64,000 bases of DNA, from NCBI GenBank assembly GCA_904063045.1, contig CAJFCJ010000025.1, positions 682,001 to 746,000 on the forward strand, written 5' to 3'. Position 1 is the first letter of the stretch. Every line of letters starts with the position of its first letter. The stretch comes from Dimorphilus gyrociliatus (Eukaryota > Animalia > Annelida). Of this stretch, positions 13,501 through 27,171 are shown in pieces. The position numbers were made by a program, and so were the translations under genes. The notes under the pieces are model-generated. The model searched no databases. It saw only the letters and a program-made list of their open reading frames with translations, and had not been told where the DNA came from.

Positions 13501-16500
13501 TCCTTAGATCGATTTGAACTAGTGTCTATACGTTTATAGTTCGTACGCGTTCTTTTTTTTAATGGTATATATACGTGTAGCTAGCTCCCTTAGTGTTGCT
13601 CTCCAAGTTTAAATTAGAATATGATATACTGTATATCTAATTTATATATGAATCTTTTTCTAGCCATTGCTTCAACCGCGTTATCGTTCTCTCCTTTCTT
13701 CTTATTCGTCACGATTAAAAAATTGATTAATTTGTTTCAGCAAAAAAAAATACTGACGATTCAAATAATGATGATGACGATAACATGATGACAATAAATG
13801 TAATCGTGGAGAACACAATATTTAATATTCTTTATCAATGTCATTAAGTGATACTTCATCCAAATGTAAATTTAACTATCAAGTTAATTTTGCAGATGAG
13901 GAAACTATATACAGTAAATATACAGTATATATATATGAATGTGAATAAAATTTAAATAGAGATTATGTGGATATATCTTGAAAAGAGAGAAGGAAAAGTA
14001 ATGAAACACATCAACAAACAAATAAAAACGAAAGAAAAAGACTTATAAAGAAACAATGTAAACAAAACATTAGGGGCAGAAAAAGGCATTCATGAATAAA
14101 TTAATATGAAGATGCGTAATACAAACCAATTGGTGGTGTCAGTAAACTCATCCATGTTGCAGCTTTTTTATCATCATTGATCTCGTAAACTTTTAAACAT
14201 TTTAAAATTGGCGTCTTATCCCCAAATGAAAAGGATTGCAATTGAATACTTTCTATATAAAGTAAAAAATTAAATAATTACAAATGACCGTTAAAATCGG
14301 TAACAACAAATAAATTATTAATTAACTTAATATACAGTATATTCGTTCAAAAACTACATTATATTTTGTAAATTATATCAAGTTTTCAAGTAATTGAAAT
14401 AAGCCAAAATGAAATAAAGAACTGTTAGAATATATGAGACTGCTGTAAAACAAGATTGAAAATGTTCAATTCATCATAATGCTTTCTATCTGTTCTACCT
14501 TACAAGTTTTGTACAGTACTTAGGATACAATTTGACGATGGTCTTTCTCCATATATGGACTATATATAGATTTATATTATATACAGTTATAAAAATTGAA
14601 TAATTACCAATAAAGGCTGGTTTAACATCTTGAAGTAGAGGATCTAATGTATTCTTTAAATAATCAAATAGACTTTGAGAACCAAAGATACACCTGTAAC
14701 AGTGAAATAAGTTTAAAATATTTATATAAAGTATTAAAAATCCTTCTGTATTAGTGTGTGATTGTGTTGTGATGCTAAGTATGTAAGTGTTTGTTTGTTT
14801 GTTTGTTTGTTTGTATTTATCCTTGCGTATTTGAATATATACTGTAGCATAATATTTATATGTTTTTATATTTGTTATATGAGCTAATGAACTATTCATT
14901 CTGCGATTCTAACATTTCTGTTTAAATATTATGCTTCTGTAAATGACAGATTAAGTTATAAATAAGTACAAATAAGCTTCTTTTTTTTCTAAATAAAAAA
15001 TATAAGTATTAACTTTGATCTAACTCAAGGGTGAGAGTTGTATGCGTATAAATGTATCTGCGTGTGTGTGTGTGTGTCTGAGAGAGAGAGAGTTAGGAAG
15101 GGTGGGATGGATAAAAGACCAAGTATTTAAAACGTCTAAATCTGGTTTATTAACTTTCTAGCAGAACTTGGACAATAGTTGTTTTCTTATAATTCAATGA
15201 AAAAATAAAGCCAACTGAAAGGTTGACACTCTCCGTATACTTATATATATATATATATATTGCAATATTAGATTATTAATAAGTTTCAACTTGTGAAACG
15301 TATGTCCTTTTTGTATAAGAAAATAAAGCGAAAAATATGAATGTAATTGGCTAATAGCCAAGATATTATATGACCAGTAAAAGTTTCTGGTAGATCTATA
15401 AGAATACTCAATAGGAAAATGGTTCAGAAACAACTGAGACAGAGAAATAAAGATAAAGGCAAACTATTGACAAATATTTTAAAAATCAATAGCTTTTATT
15501 AAAATTGTAGACTCCTTATATTCATGTTATTTAATAAGGCCATAACATATAAAACAAATCTAATACTTTTTTTTCTGTGGTTTGTCTTTTTTATTCTCTT
15601 ATTTAGTGTTTTTATCTAGTGAAATAACGGAATAAAAAAGCTAAATTACTGTATTTATGATGAAGTATACATTCTATTTATATGGTTATATATATATATA
15701 TATATATACTGTAAAGACTGCAAGAAATATTTAAGCATTACTCTACGCTAGAGCTTTATACCTATATACTTTTGTACTGTAATTGAGCACAATACAGTAT
15801 AAAATAATAGATAATATTCAATACACTATTAATAGTTGAGTATTTAGTAGAGGTTAAAAACTTTTAGACTGACTGAATCTTTTTTTATCTTATCAACACC
15901 AAGTTCTTTAATACTTTAGATTATAAATTAATAAAAAATATATAATACTAAGTAAAATTAATATAACTCGAATGATTGGTTATTATTAAAATGTCGACTA
16001 ATAACAATAAAAAATAGAGTTAAACATATTATATATATATATATATATACATCTAGAGCCAAAAAATGCTTGAATAATGAGTCCAAAGTCGGTGTCAATT
16101 AAGCCTATATTTATTATACAGCTAGAAAAGTTTTTCAAGGAGTATCATAAAACGTATGAACTATGTATAGATATAAATATATATATATATATTATTAAAG
16201 CATAGTATTCATATCTATATATACGTTTTTTACATGTTTTATTGTTGCTTGTATTCAACAGATCAAGCAAATTGTAAATGAATAGTCAAAGAACACACAC
16301 ACATACACACACGCGAAAAACGTTAAAAGATGTAAGAATCATGGGTGAAATTGGTGGGAAAGTGTTTCAGTCAATACTATTAAAATGTTATTATCTCTAC
16401 TTTTATATTAATTATATAATACTTGCATTTAAAATGTAGCCAGCATTTTCTTACATTAAAAGTATAGTAAAAAAATTAATTACTATATATAAGTATCTAC

Positions 16501-16913
16501 ATGTACGAGTGTAAATGTTTATATATATATACATATATATAGATATCTTCTCTACATATGCATATGTACAATAAATATTTGTGTACTAACCATCTATTTA
16601 ATATAAAATTCAGCCATTCGGCACTTTCATTCTGCCTTAACAACGCCCTTTTTCTATGTAAAGTTAATTCTTTCATCCTTAAATGTTCCTCCGTCATTGA
16701 GAATACTTTTCCCTGCCATATTGCGAATACGACAAAGATGAGCAGGAATATCCAGACGGATGATAGGCCACATATTCCAGATATATAGGCCAATATAATA
16801 ACAGCCGAAACGAAAATGTAAACGATTATTAATTGCTGAAACCTCCCTTTCTTTGACAGAGCATCTAATTCTTTTTCTCTTTCGTTATCGCTAATGCTTC
16901 GCTCAAGTTTCAT
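7804..16913 (-). CDS. Extended-synaptotagmin/tricalbin-like ER-plasma membrane tether: N-terminal membrane hairpin, SMP domain, four C2 domains (about 996 aa)
   Basis: Ten phase-consistent exons: 16913-16591, 14693-14608, 14252-14127, 13272-13116, 12903-12638, 12287-12234, 12142-11235, 9596-9007, 8363-8232 and 8152-7804 (2991 nt in total). It has a hydrophobic hairpin, the SMP start ESAEWLNFILNRW and the SMP end IPMLKSWIHNLVMDAFTQALVDPGKIDI. The C2 motifs are LDRNGMSDPYC...VYDWD and GRDLMAMDTNGYSDPYC...KTLNPYWDE...VWDRD. Confidence 0.85.
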
Positions 16914-17061
16914 TTTTTAATATAAGTATTGTTAATGCTGTGTCTTTTTAATTTCTGATATATTTATATCCTCTTTTTCACATATCATTCCTTATTTTTA
17001 CTTGTACTATTTTATACTATCCTCTTTCTGTTCTCTCTGCCTCTGTCTCTGCCTCTGTCTT

Positions 17062-17100
<39 letters not shown>

Positions 17101-18067
17101 CCCTATGTGTCTGTTTCTCACTCTGTCACTCCTTTTCTCCCTCTCTCTCTCTTTCTTATTCTGTCGCTCTCCTTGTCTCTCTATCTCTTCCTCTCTCGTG
17201 CTCCTATGCTTTCTTACTCTGTTTGTCTCCAATTCCACTCTTTCAGATACACTTTTGCTTCCAGCTTGCTGCCTCTCTTTGTTTTGCCTGGCTTTTTCTT
17301 ATCAAGATATTTCTTCAACTCAACAGGGCATTGGAACGACCGATTGTATTTGTTGATCTGTCAACAGTTTCATTCAGCAATTGATCCCAAGAGGGCGGTC
17401 GACCAAGTTTCGAAGCGCCATCTTACGACTAGTCCTATATTTTTTTAATCTAAGCCACTTTTTTTTCGATATGCTCTACATGCTTTTTTGCACGTGATAC
17501 TTTAATTAAAAAACACTTATCTATAATACGGTATAAGAAGATATATATGTTATTTAGGTAGGAAATTAGATCAAATTGAAATCGAGCATTGTTTTTAATC
17601 CTAGACAAGCACCTATTGGTCCGTGTACCTTCAGAGAGAAAGAGATCAAGAGAGATAGAAGAAATAATAGAAAAAAGCTACTATTTTCCAGAAGAGAGAT
17701 TTCAATATGAAAAAAATTGGCGATTTTCTTTTTTTATTATCGTTCTATAAAAATGAAATAAAAATAATTTCTTTTCATTTTTAAAAAATTATAAACTACA
17801 CTATAAAAACTATAAAACCACATATTAATATATGTATATATAAATGATATGAATCCAATTATTATTACATACACATATATGTCTTTTGTAAACTTTATCT
17901 TTCTTTTCGACTTTTCGAAGGATATTAGTTTCCATATGAATTAATACTATATCTTGTTTTGTTTTTGTTTTTTCTTTTTTTTATATTTTTTTCGTTCTTT
18001 TTTACTTTTTATTTCTTTCTTCCTTCCTTCCTTCCTTCTTTCAATTCGCTTACTAACACACTGACTC

Positions 18068-21000
18068 CTATGGATCAATAAATGATACCATAATATAACG
18101 GGTACCATTTGTTGTTGGTAAACCTTCGTGATAGTGCGTCAATCTACCAGGGTGCATTATAACCCATCCTTTTCTCGAAGCCGTTATATTACAATTATAT
18201 CTAAAAGTGTAAGGATTCAGCGTTTAATAGATTAAAGAATTAGCAAGTTGGCTTATACGTTCTATACATTTAATATACTAACCTAACAAATCTCGTTCCA
18301 CCACCTTCGTAGTCTATACCAGGTGTATTAAGAGCAATATTTATAGTAAAGGTTGAACTATCGTGATGAGGTTTTAAACGGTTTTGTTCGTTTGGTTTAT
18401 ATCTAACAATAAAATTCATATGTGCCCTTGCATCGGTATAGTAGCCAGTAAAAATTTTATTATTAATAGGTCCAACGAATTCTCTCAAAAAATACAACCA
18501 TTGCTCTTCAAGATCAATCTATTTGCAAATAGTGGGAGGAGAGGGAGAAAAAATGAGTGTAAAAAAGGCAGTAAATTTAGCATATCTAAATCCCCGACGC
18601 CTACCTGATTCATATGTATATCGACTGTAGGGACGTTTTCGTAGCCTCCTCCGAGACGCGGATCGACGGATGGTTGATGACCACCTCCAGACCATTTGCC
18701 AAAACTTTCAGCTCTCTCTATTAACTCTTTACAATAGCGATCGGTCATAAAAGGAATCCAGTAAACATCGTTACAAGGCTAAATTGGTTTCAGAGCGAAA
18801 ACAAAAGAGAAAAAAACAAGAGAATAAATAAATAATATTTCGCAATAGATATAATTTTAATTACTTTTCTAGGTTAAATACATTTTATAACGACCAATTT
18901 TATTGGTCTATAGACATTAAACAACTGCTAAAAACGTATTAAAACTAGTATAAAAACAAAAGGATAATAAAAACAACTACAAAAAAAAAAGAAAATGGAG
19001 GAGAGAATCGAATTAGAATAGATTGATATTCTTATAAACCTACATTCATCTAAATAGATGAATGAATGAATAAATAAATAAATAGGTCGTCCTTTAAAAA
19101 GTTCAGTTTAACCTTAAATGATTAAGAAAATTAAGATTTACCTCTTCGATAAATTCTCCGTTGTTTAATGCCTTCCAATATTTAGGATGTATATATCTAT
19201 TTGTCCACACCTAACAAAACATGAAAATGTATATATTATGCACTATTTTATATTTATGATTGCGCAATAATTACATTTCTATTATCGGACATTACGATTA
19301 AATCGCCGTGCAATAGATCTGTCTTAAACTTGTCAGAATTAATGAGATAACCGTAACTTTCTCTGTTATCAACGTACATATGAATGCCAAGATCTCGAAG
19401 ATTCGCGCAAAATGCCATATCGGCGTCGAAATCCTCCTTCACGTACAAATATTTTGCGCTCTTCTTATTAATAACAGAACTTTGAACTAAATAGACATCG
19501 GATATAAATGGAACATTCCAAACTCCTTGTTTTTCCTTTGTAACTATAGAGATATAGTCATCGGATCTGGCGTAAAAACCTTGATCGTTCAATCCACCCC
19601 AGAAATTGCTCCATATTTTTCCGTCCCTAGTCATCATTGGAGCGGAAACGGATTTATTTAATGAAATTAGATCTTTTAAAATTTTTGGATTTGATAAATG
19701 AGAATCGGAATCAACAGCAAAATAATATCTGCAGTTTAGTCTTAAGCATTCGTCTAACGCTTTATTTCGTCCATGACCTTCTAACAAATTGGACGATGGT
19801 TTAAAAACAATATTAGTTGCGTAACTTTTTCCATATTTCCCAATAAATTCATCAACGTGCTGAACGTGATAATCGACATTTACGTGAATGTATAAAAAGA
19901 TATTAGATTTAGGATAATCTATCCGAGATATATAATCGAAAAATTCCTCAATAAAAGCGGAACTTCTATAAAAGTATAAAGCCATTAAAACAGTAGGTAA
20001 ATCAGAATCTCGAGAGTTTTCCAAATTGGTAAAAGTTTCCCAATTTCTCCAGCCTGTCGACGGAGTCCATTCATCACTTAAATAATTAGCAAGTGAATTA
20101 AATTTCAATTTAATTGGACCATTTCCATGAATTACAGTTGGAGCGTATCCAGTTCTATAATTATATAAATAGGAGGAAGAATCTTTGAAACGTATACCGA
20201 CATTCTCAAGAGCACCATGGAGATTTTGAAAGAGTTCGCTTCTAGTATCCAAGCACAAACCATATTTTGTCTATAAAAAAAATAGTAACATGTTATAAAA
20301 CATGTGTCGTACACGTATATCGTTTACTATATATATAATATAGTGTATATGATCTATATAAACTGACGTAGGGTTATCCCTAAACATATAGCAGACATTC
20401 TTTGTCAAGAGAGAGTGGTCTACGTGAGCCTACGTGAGCCTACGTGATCTCCGCATTCCTCTCCCCCTCCCTCCCTGTGTCTCTCTCTCTCCTCACCCCC
20501 GCCCTCTTCTTTTAGCTTGTCTTACACGTATAGAAAGACAGATAAGCGAAAATCTATATATAAACTGCAATCTGTATTCTTTTTATACTTACTCGTAAGC
20601 TTGGATTTAAAAATATTTTCGTATAATAAAGTTGATCGTCGTCGTCATCAGCTATATCTGCTTGATTGATAATACTATAAATATCTTTAGCCGGACCAAT
20701 AAATCCGCCAGAGTTTAGATAACGACTCTCATCTTTAGAAACAATTGGATAGCTGGAAGAAAGAGATTTATCTGGCCAACAGTAATCCTCGGCTGAGAAG
20801 AGAACATTACATTTCTTCTTTGAATATGAGTTTAACAATTTTGATTTATCATTTGTAAAAATAACATCGTAGCTTTTCATTGATGAAGTGTAGAAAATGA
20901 AAGAACAAAAAAAGCATCCAATTAGATTTATTCATTCATTTAACTTATTTACATATTTACTAGATAATTAACTAATCAAGTATTATTATTTATACCTGGA

Positions 21001-21386
21001 TATTGTCAATTAAAGTACTGTACTAACCTGTCTGTAAATAATACAAGTAAGTCTTCTCTATCCTTTATATCTTTTAAACCTTTTTTCAGCAAGTTAACTT
21101 TGTAGCCACCTCCTATTGATAGCATGCTTCCTCCTCTCCATTCTTCGCCCAAGCCTAAAACTCTTATATTCGTAAATCCATTATGTTCAGCCGATCGCCT
21201 CCATCTTTCGAAACCATCCGTTCTCTCCGACGCTATTGTAACGAGGAGTAGATCTGCATCTTTAAGATTAAACTTTAGTGAATAGTCCGGCTAATTAACA
21301 CGTACACGCTACTTACCAGGTTTACAAGATGAATAGGAAATAAACGTTGCTATTACAAATAGTAAAAAGATTGTTTCTTTCTTCAT
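18068..21386 (-). CDS. PLOD: Procollagen lysyl hydroxylase/glycosyltransferase (LH3-like, about 729 aa)
   Basis: Exons 21386-21317 (signal peptide), 21259-21028, 20872-20593, 20270-19275, 19210-19142, 18778-18605, 18518-18283 and 18200-18068 (2190 nt). The glycosyltransferase domain shows LFTDSYDVIF and [10 protein letters not shown]. The 2OG-Fe(II) dioxygenase domain shows [17 protein letters not shown]...[12 protein letters not shown]...[10 protein letters not shown]. Confidence 0.95.
20312..20530. promoter_or_regulatory. Cluster of five TACGTG (HRE/bHLH-PAS-type) hexamers in PLOD intron 3, including a 3x 10-bp tandem repeat
   Basis: TACGTGAGCC TACGTGAGCC TACGTGATCT at 20421-20450, and CACGTA (the reverse complement) at 20312-20317 and 20525-20530. 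Function is inferred only. Confidence 0.4.
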
Positions 21387-22178
21387 TTAGAAAAATAATT
21401 GATAAGATAACAGAAACCAGGCTATAGCCGTGCCACGCACAACCTTAACACCACCCTTATAGGCCTATTATAGTCGACCATAATAAAACAAGCGCCGCCT
21501 ATCGGATATGAAATATATTATTTGTCCCGCTCTTCCTCCAAGCTCACGCTCTTCTCGCTCAATTTCTATTTTATCAGTATTAGTAATCGATAAAATAAGT
21601 TGACATTTGCGCTGTTAATAGGCTTTTTCATTTGGTAAAATACCATATTGATTATTAGGCTTTTACAAATATTAAAGAGTATTCTTTAATTTTATTAAAA
21701 AAGAAAGCTAAGAGTGCAACGCCCTCTAGATAAAAAAAAAAGTATTAAAAACCCCTTTTAAGATTTCTGATAAAAAACATTCCGTAAACTACTGTATATG
21801 TAGTGATAAATTTTAATTCGTAAGTAAGAAATCAATAGGATAAAAAGCTGAACAAAGATCACGTAAATAAACGATTAATGGCGATAGGCCACTCAATCAT
21901 TAAGGGAATTAATGCAACTTGAGAAAAACAGGATTGGGAAGGTTATAGGGAGAGAAAAAGAGAGACTGACACAGATAGAGAATAGAAATGAGCGAAAGAA
22001 AGCGAAAAAGTTTTAATCTTTATAGCGCTTTGCTGTTTTGTTTCGATATTTCTTAAAGACGCTGCGTGATTATTTCGTAGCCATTTTGTTTTGCACTTCA
22101 GCGCTAAATATTCCAACGTCTTTATTGGCCTTATGCATTATTCTTATTAATAATATCTAATTAAATTAGGATTTTTCC

Positions 22179-22833
22179 ATGGAAATAACGGAAGATGAAA
22201 ATCTACCGATATCCGTCTCTTTGTCAATTAAAGAGATTTTCTCCGGTCTTCATAAGCACAAAAAGATAGCTGAGAATGTATTAAATATAGGATTTGAAGA
22301 AATTTCTTGGAATATATCGGATGCATTTGGAATAAAAATGTCACATTTTATTACTCAAAAAGCTTTACAAGAAATCTATATTTTATTCAACCCAAATTTA
22401 AATATCAATATTTTTATGTTTCACTTGAATTCAGAGAAAGGAAACAGAACAAGAAAATTACTTAGCCTAAACAGAGATGTCTATAATGTCAACTCAGATG
22501 TTAAGGCACTTAATTGGGTAACAATAATTTCAGAGGGATGTAGTCTTCAAGTGGAATTGTGGATTAAAGAAATTATTCAAACAGTATTCAACCGAATACC
22601 GATTGTTTATGTCGATTGGAAGGACACGAAGGAATTCTTAGAAGCTTATTCTCATTTGACCTATGAGATACTCATTAGGGATTATAAAACTGTTAGTTTG
22701 CCCCAAGAAGAACAGTGTAGAATATCTTCAGCAGTTTTCGAAAACGACTTGCGATATATGTCTAATGAGGATGAAATATGCGAATATCCAGACACTTATA
22801 CAGTTGGTAGGCATCTTTTTATGTGCATATGTA

Positions 22834-22875
<42 letters not shown>

Positions 22876-23942
22876 CAACAGTAAATTCTGCAACAGAATT
22901 TTCGTTCATCTACAGGAAAATAATCTGAAATTGCTTTTCAGGGCGTATAACCGTTAGGAAAGAGGATATGAAATATCTGAGACCACGAGAGGATTTAAAT
23001 GATATTATCATTGACTTTTACTTAAAGTGGATAGAAAATAATATATGCAAGAAAGAAGATTTTTACGTCTTTAATCATTTACTCTGCCGAAAATTAACGG
23101 GAGAAAGTGTGGCAAAATTTCCACTTACTCCAATGTATTATGAGACAATCTACGATAAAGTATGCGTAAGAAAGAAAAATCTGTATTTATTTTCCAAGAA
23201 ATATCTAATTTTTCCAATGAATCAACGTAATCATTGGTATTTGTGCATAATATGTAATCCACTCGAAGACGGTGCCATGTATATGTTTGACTCTATAAAT
23301 AACAACAGTTTAGACGAAGGAAAAAGGTATTTTAAAACGAGAAGATAGAAATTCTCTTTATTAATAGTCAAATTATTATAATTATTTGCTAGATTTTTCA
23401 TTTTAAAGTAATATTATCAGAGTATATTATACGAGTATAGAGAGATCAAGAGAGAGAGGGAGAGAAGGGGAGGGGGCGAGAGACAGAGAAGCGGATAGAG
23501 TGAAAAGATTATATGCTGTGTAGTAAAGTAGTTGTATATAGCAAGAAAAAAAACATAACAGAAACATTATATAAAGAATATACTTTACAATTTATAAACT
23601 AGATTATTTCTCTTATACAGGCACCTAGCTCAATTATTAAGAATATTCCTTACAATGGAATACAAAAGAAGAATTGGAAAGGTTAAAGAATTTACTGAAC
23701 GAAATTTGCCACTTTATCATGTTAAAGTTCCTCAACAGAATAATAATAATGACTGCGGTCTTTTTATGTTGAAGATCGCTGAAAAAGTCTGTGAGAATCC
23801 ATCTAGTATCAAAAGGACTAATCTTGATTTAAGAAACTGGTTCGATTGTAAAGAAGCGTGGAAAATGAGGACTAGACTATCAAATATGTTACGAAAACTA
23901 CATTATGAGCAAAAGACTACAGAACCTAATCAAGCTTTCTAA
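22179..23942 (+). CDS. SUMO protease, SENP6/SENP7-like C48 peptidase (about 444 aa)
   Basis: Exons 22179-22806, 22942-23326 and 23621-23942 (1335 nt). Motifs: ITVRKEDMKYL...LNDIIIDFYLKWI, HWYLCII (His), FDS (Asp) and VPQQNNNNDCGLF (oxyanion Gln and catalytic Cys). The 5' end is less certain. Confidence 0.88.
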
Positions 23943-24003
23943 AAAAAGTAGTTGTATAGAAATTTCTTTTACATGTATATATAGTCTATATCATTGTGAA
24001 TAC

Positions 24004-24006
<3 letters not shown>

Positions 24007-24062
<56 letters not shown>
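24007..24062. repeat. (TA)n microsatellite, one of many in the window
   Basis: Uninterrupted TA run just downstream of the SENP gene. Similar runs occur near 10507, 22850, 34895 and 37560. Confidence 0.95.
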
Positions 24063-24066
<4 letters not shown>

Positions 24067-25738
24067 GAGGTATTGTTGATAGTATATAGGCTGTATAACT
24101 GATGGAAAATTTTTATTTTGTATTTATAATTTTATATTAAAAAGACTATCATGAATTTTTATTCCCCACAAGAATATTTAAGAAATGAAAAGCCCAAAAT
24201 GGTAATTATAATAAACAGAAAATATTCGAAAATAGATAGTATAATAGGCTAAAGCTCTTTTCTACCAAGGAAACTAATTAATCTATAATTTGTAATTACT
24301 ATTATAACTATAAATAGTTTATATTTATTAATATATAAAGGTTATACAGTGTGTTTATGCTGGATTTTATACTTGGTATTTGTACAATATTACCTTTAGT
24401 TTAGTTGGAAAAATAAAGGTTACAGGGTCTTTGACACCTAGCCGAAAATCCTATTCGATTGCTGATAAATCACTACTATTAAGGATAAGGTTACAACCAA
24501 ATCAGCAAAATTATATGAGACTTGATTGACTATTGAAGCTATAGATTTGGAAATTTAACAAAGTATCTACAAAAATTAAAAGGTGAACAAAAGAAAATCA
24601 ATGTCAAAGGAAACTCATAAAAATGCTCTAAGCGACTGTATAGACAGTTTTGATGATCCCTTGGATATAAGTATCTCTTCTCTTTGACAGCATAGTGTAC
24701 CACATTCAGGACAATTTTCCAGAATGAATATTGATTGCCATTTACATTTCCCATCAAACAAACTAAAAATAGATATTCAGATTATTCACTTTCGATTGTC
24801 AAACAACTTGACAACAATTGCAAAGTTCTACTACCTACTGATAAGGTCGATCTTCTTGTTAGATAATTGTCTTAGACTTTGACTGGATCACCCCATGGGT
24901 TTAAGTATACTAGCACTTATGATAATTACGTTATCAATATTTATGAATTGAACATTCAACTTAATTTACAGTCGTGTTTAAATGATTAATACACATAATA
25001 ATAATAGCTACTTCTTTCAAGGGGAAAATTGCCAGTTCTTAATTGATTATAAACGATTGATATTCTTTATAAAAATGGCTTTTGTCAGAAGAGAAAGAAT
25101 GAAGGAAAGGAAGAGAATATTATTTACCAACTTTTTAAAAATTATAAAATGTTCTACCTTAAAGAAGGAAACATGAAATACAAGTTACTTAATACTACTT
25201 TTATACGATTTTACTTGTTTAGTCCAAAGACCCGTACATCACTCTCTGCTTTTTAAACGTATAAAATATCAATTCTCACTGAGTTGGATTTTTGGATTTA
25301 ATTCGGATGAAATGTAAAGTAACAGCCAGTTCTTTCCTGTTTTTTATAATCAGCGCCAGACGGCGCACGATAACTCAGCGACGTCGAATCGATAGGCGTT
25401 TACTAAAGAGAACATTTATTGCTATCTCGCTGTTTTTTCAGTACAGAAGTGAAATTACTGCTGGAGTATGCATCGATTTTGAAAATCAAATCTACAAGTC
25501 TTTAAACAAGGTACTTACTTTTTATTATATATTAATAATTTTTCTTAATTCCTTCTAACCTTTGAATGATTTATCATAAAAATACAAAAGAAGGATAATC
25601 TTTTGGCGTTTTCCTATAAACAATCCTCCCATTCTCTCTATCCCTTGTAAAGAGGAAAAACATTTGTTCACATATTATTTTCCTTCCTCTCTTACATATA
25701 CGTTCCTTCTCTTACTTTCTTAGTTCTCTTGTGTCTTG

Positions 25739-25785
<47 letters not shown>

Positions 25786-26364
25786 AAGATAGCGAGAGAG
25801 AGAAGAGTAAAGAAAAGAACATAAAAGACAAAGAAATTCTTCTTCTATAGGAAACTTTTTTAATAATTATAGATTTGTTTATTAATAAAAAAAACTCTAC
25901 AGTATATTCATTAAGTAACGATAAATACATATGATAAAAAAATTGTAATTCTAATGTTAATAAACGAATACAGTAGGGAAAAATGCTATGTCTATTAAAA
26001 GAAAATATTGATTGTTCATTGGTCTGATAACTAATGAAAAATTTAAGCTGCTTGAAATTTTAGTTATTGTATTTAAAAATAAAACGATTACTTTCTCTCT
26101 TATTATTTTACACTATACTTGTATTAGTATATTTATATATAAATATAAATTGCAGAATAGACTGCATTAATACTATTGATATACAGTATATGTACATATT
26201 GTTTATAATTTTTGCTGGTAAAAATCTTCTCTAGTTGTCTTTCTACAAAGGCGAGGACTTGCTTATGCTGTCAATAGAACATGTCGTGTTTGCATGTTAA
26301 CTCTTTTCTCCTGCCCACTTTACCTCTTCTGTCTTTCTTCCCCTTCCGCCAACCCCTCCTCCCC

Positions 26365-26370
<6 letters not shown>

Positions 26371-26428
<58 letters not shown>
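26371..26428. repeat. (CT)n/(GA)n microsatellite, one of many
   Basis: Long CT run. Others occur near 545, 2145, 5395, 7055, 10145, 17065, 25742 and 52005. Confidence 0.95.
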
Positions 26429-26432
<4 letters not shown>

Positions 26433-27171
26433 AAATCCCTCTGCAAAGTCATCTAATTTTATTGTATATGTATAGAATAATTTACAACGAGCTAATATAA
26501 CAATATAATTTTTCGTCATAACTCATAACAGAGAAAATATTTACATAGAAATATAATTAATTAATTAATTAATTGGTAGAGGGAGAGAGAGAGAGAGAAA
26601 GAGAGAAGGTAAAAGAAAGATACTTTGACAAATCCAAATTGAGGAAACAAGAAAGAGTAAAATTGGAGAAGGCGGAGTTTTAGAAACGGCTCGCATAAAA
26701 GTCTATGATCGGGTGTACAAAATGATACGTTGACATTTAAGTATTTTTTAGATAATGAATGAATAATTAAAGAATCTTTACAAACCATCGAATACGAGAA
26801 GGAATATTTACGAATATAATATAATTTATAAAACAATTGTATTAGATTTCCTGTAATCCAGTCACGAATTTGCTAAAATACTGACTTACGATAATAATTA
26901 GATAAAGGAAATAAATGTTTTTCATAATTTTCCTTTTATTATTTTTATCTTGTTCTTATTAATAATCGTTTAAACTAATTCAATATACTCTAGTTTTTCG
27001 GCTAAATGAGAAAAAGATCTTGTAGTTTTCCTATTATAAAACGCCAGAATGAGAAAAGAGAGGGTGGAAACTCTAAATTTTAGGTTTTCATTAATGCAAA
27101 ATGGAATACCTGTCGCTTTAAGTACAATTCGCTTAATTTTCTAGTAATGATATCAATCATGCAGGGAAACA

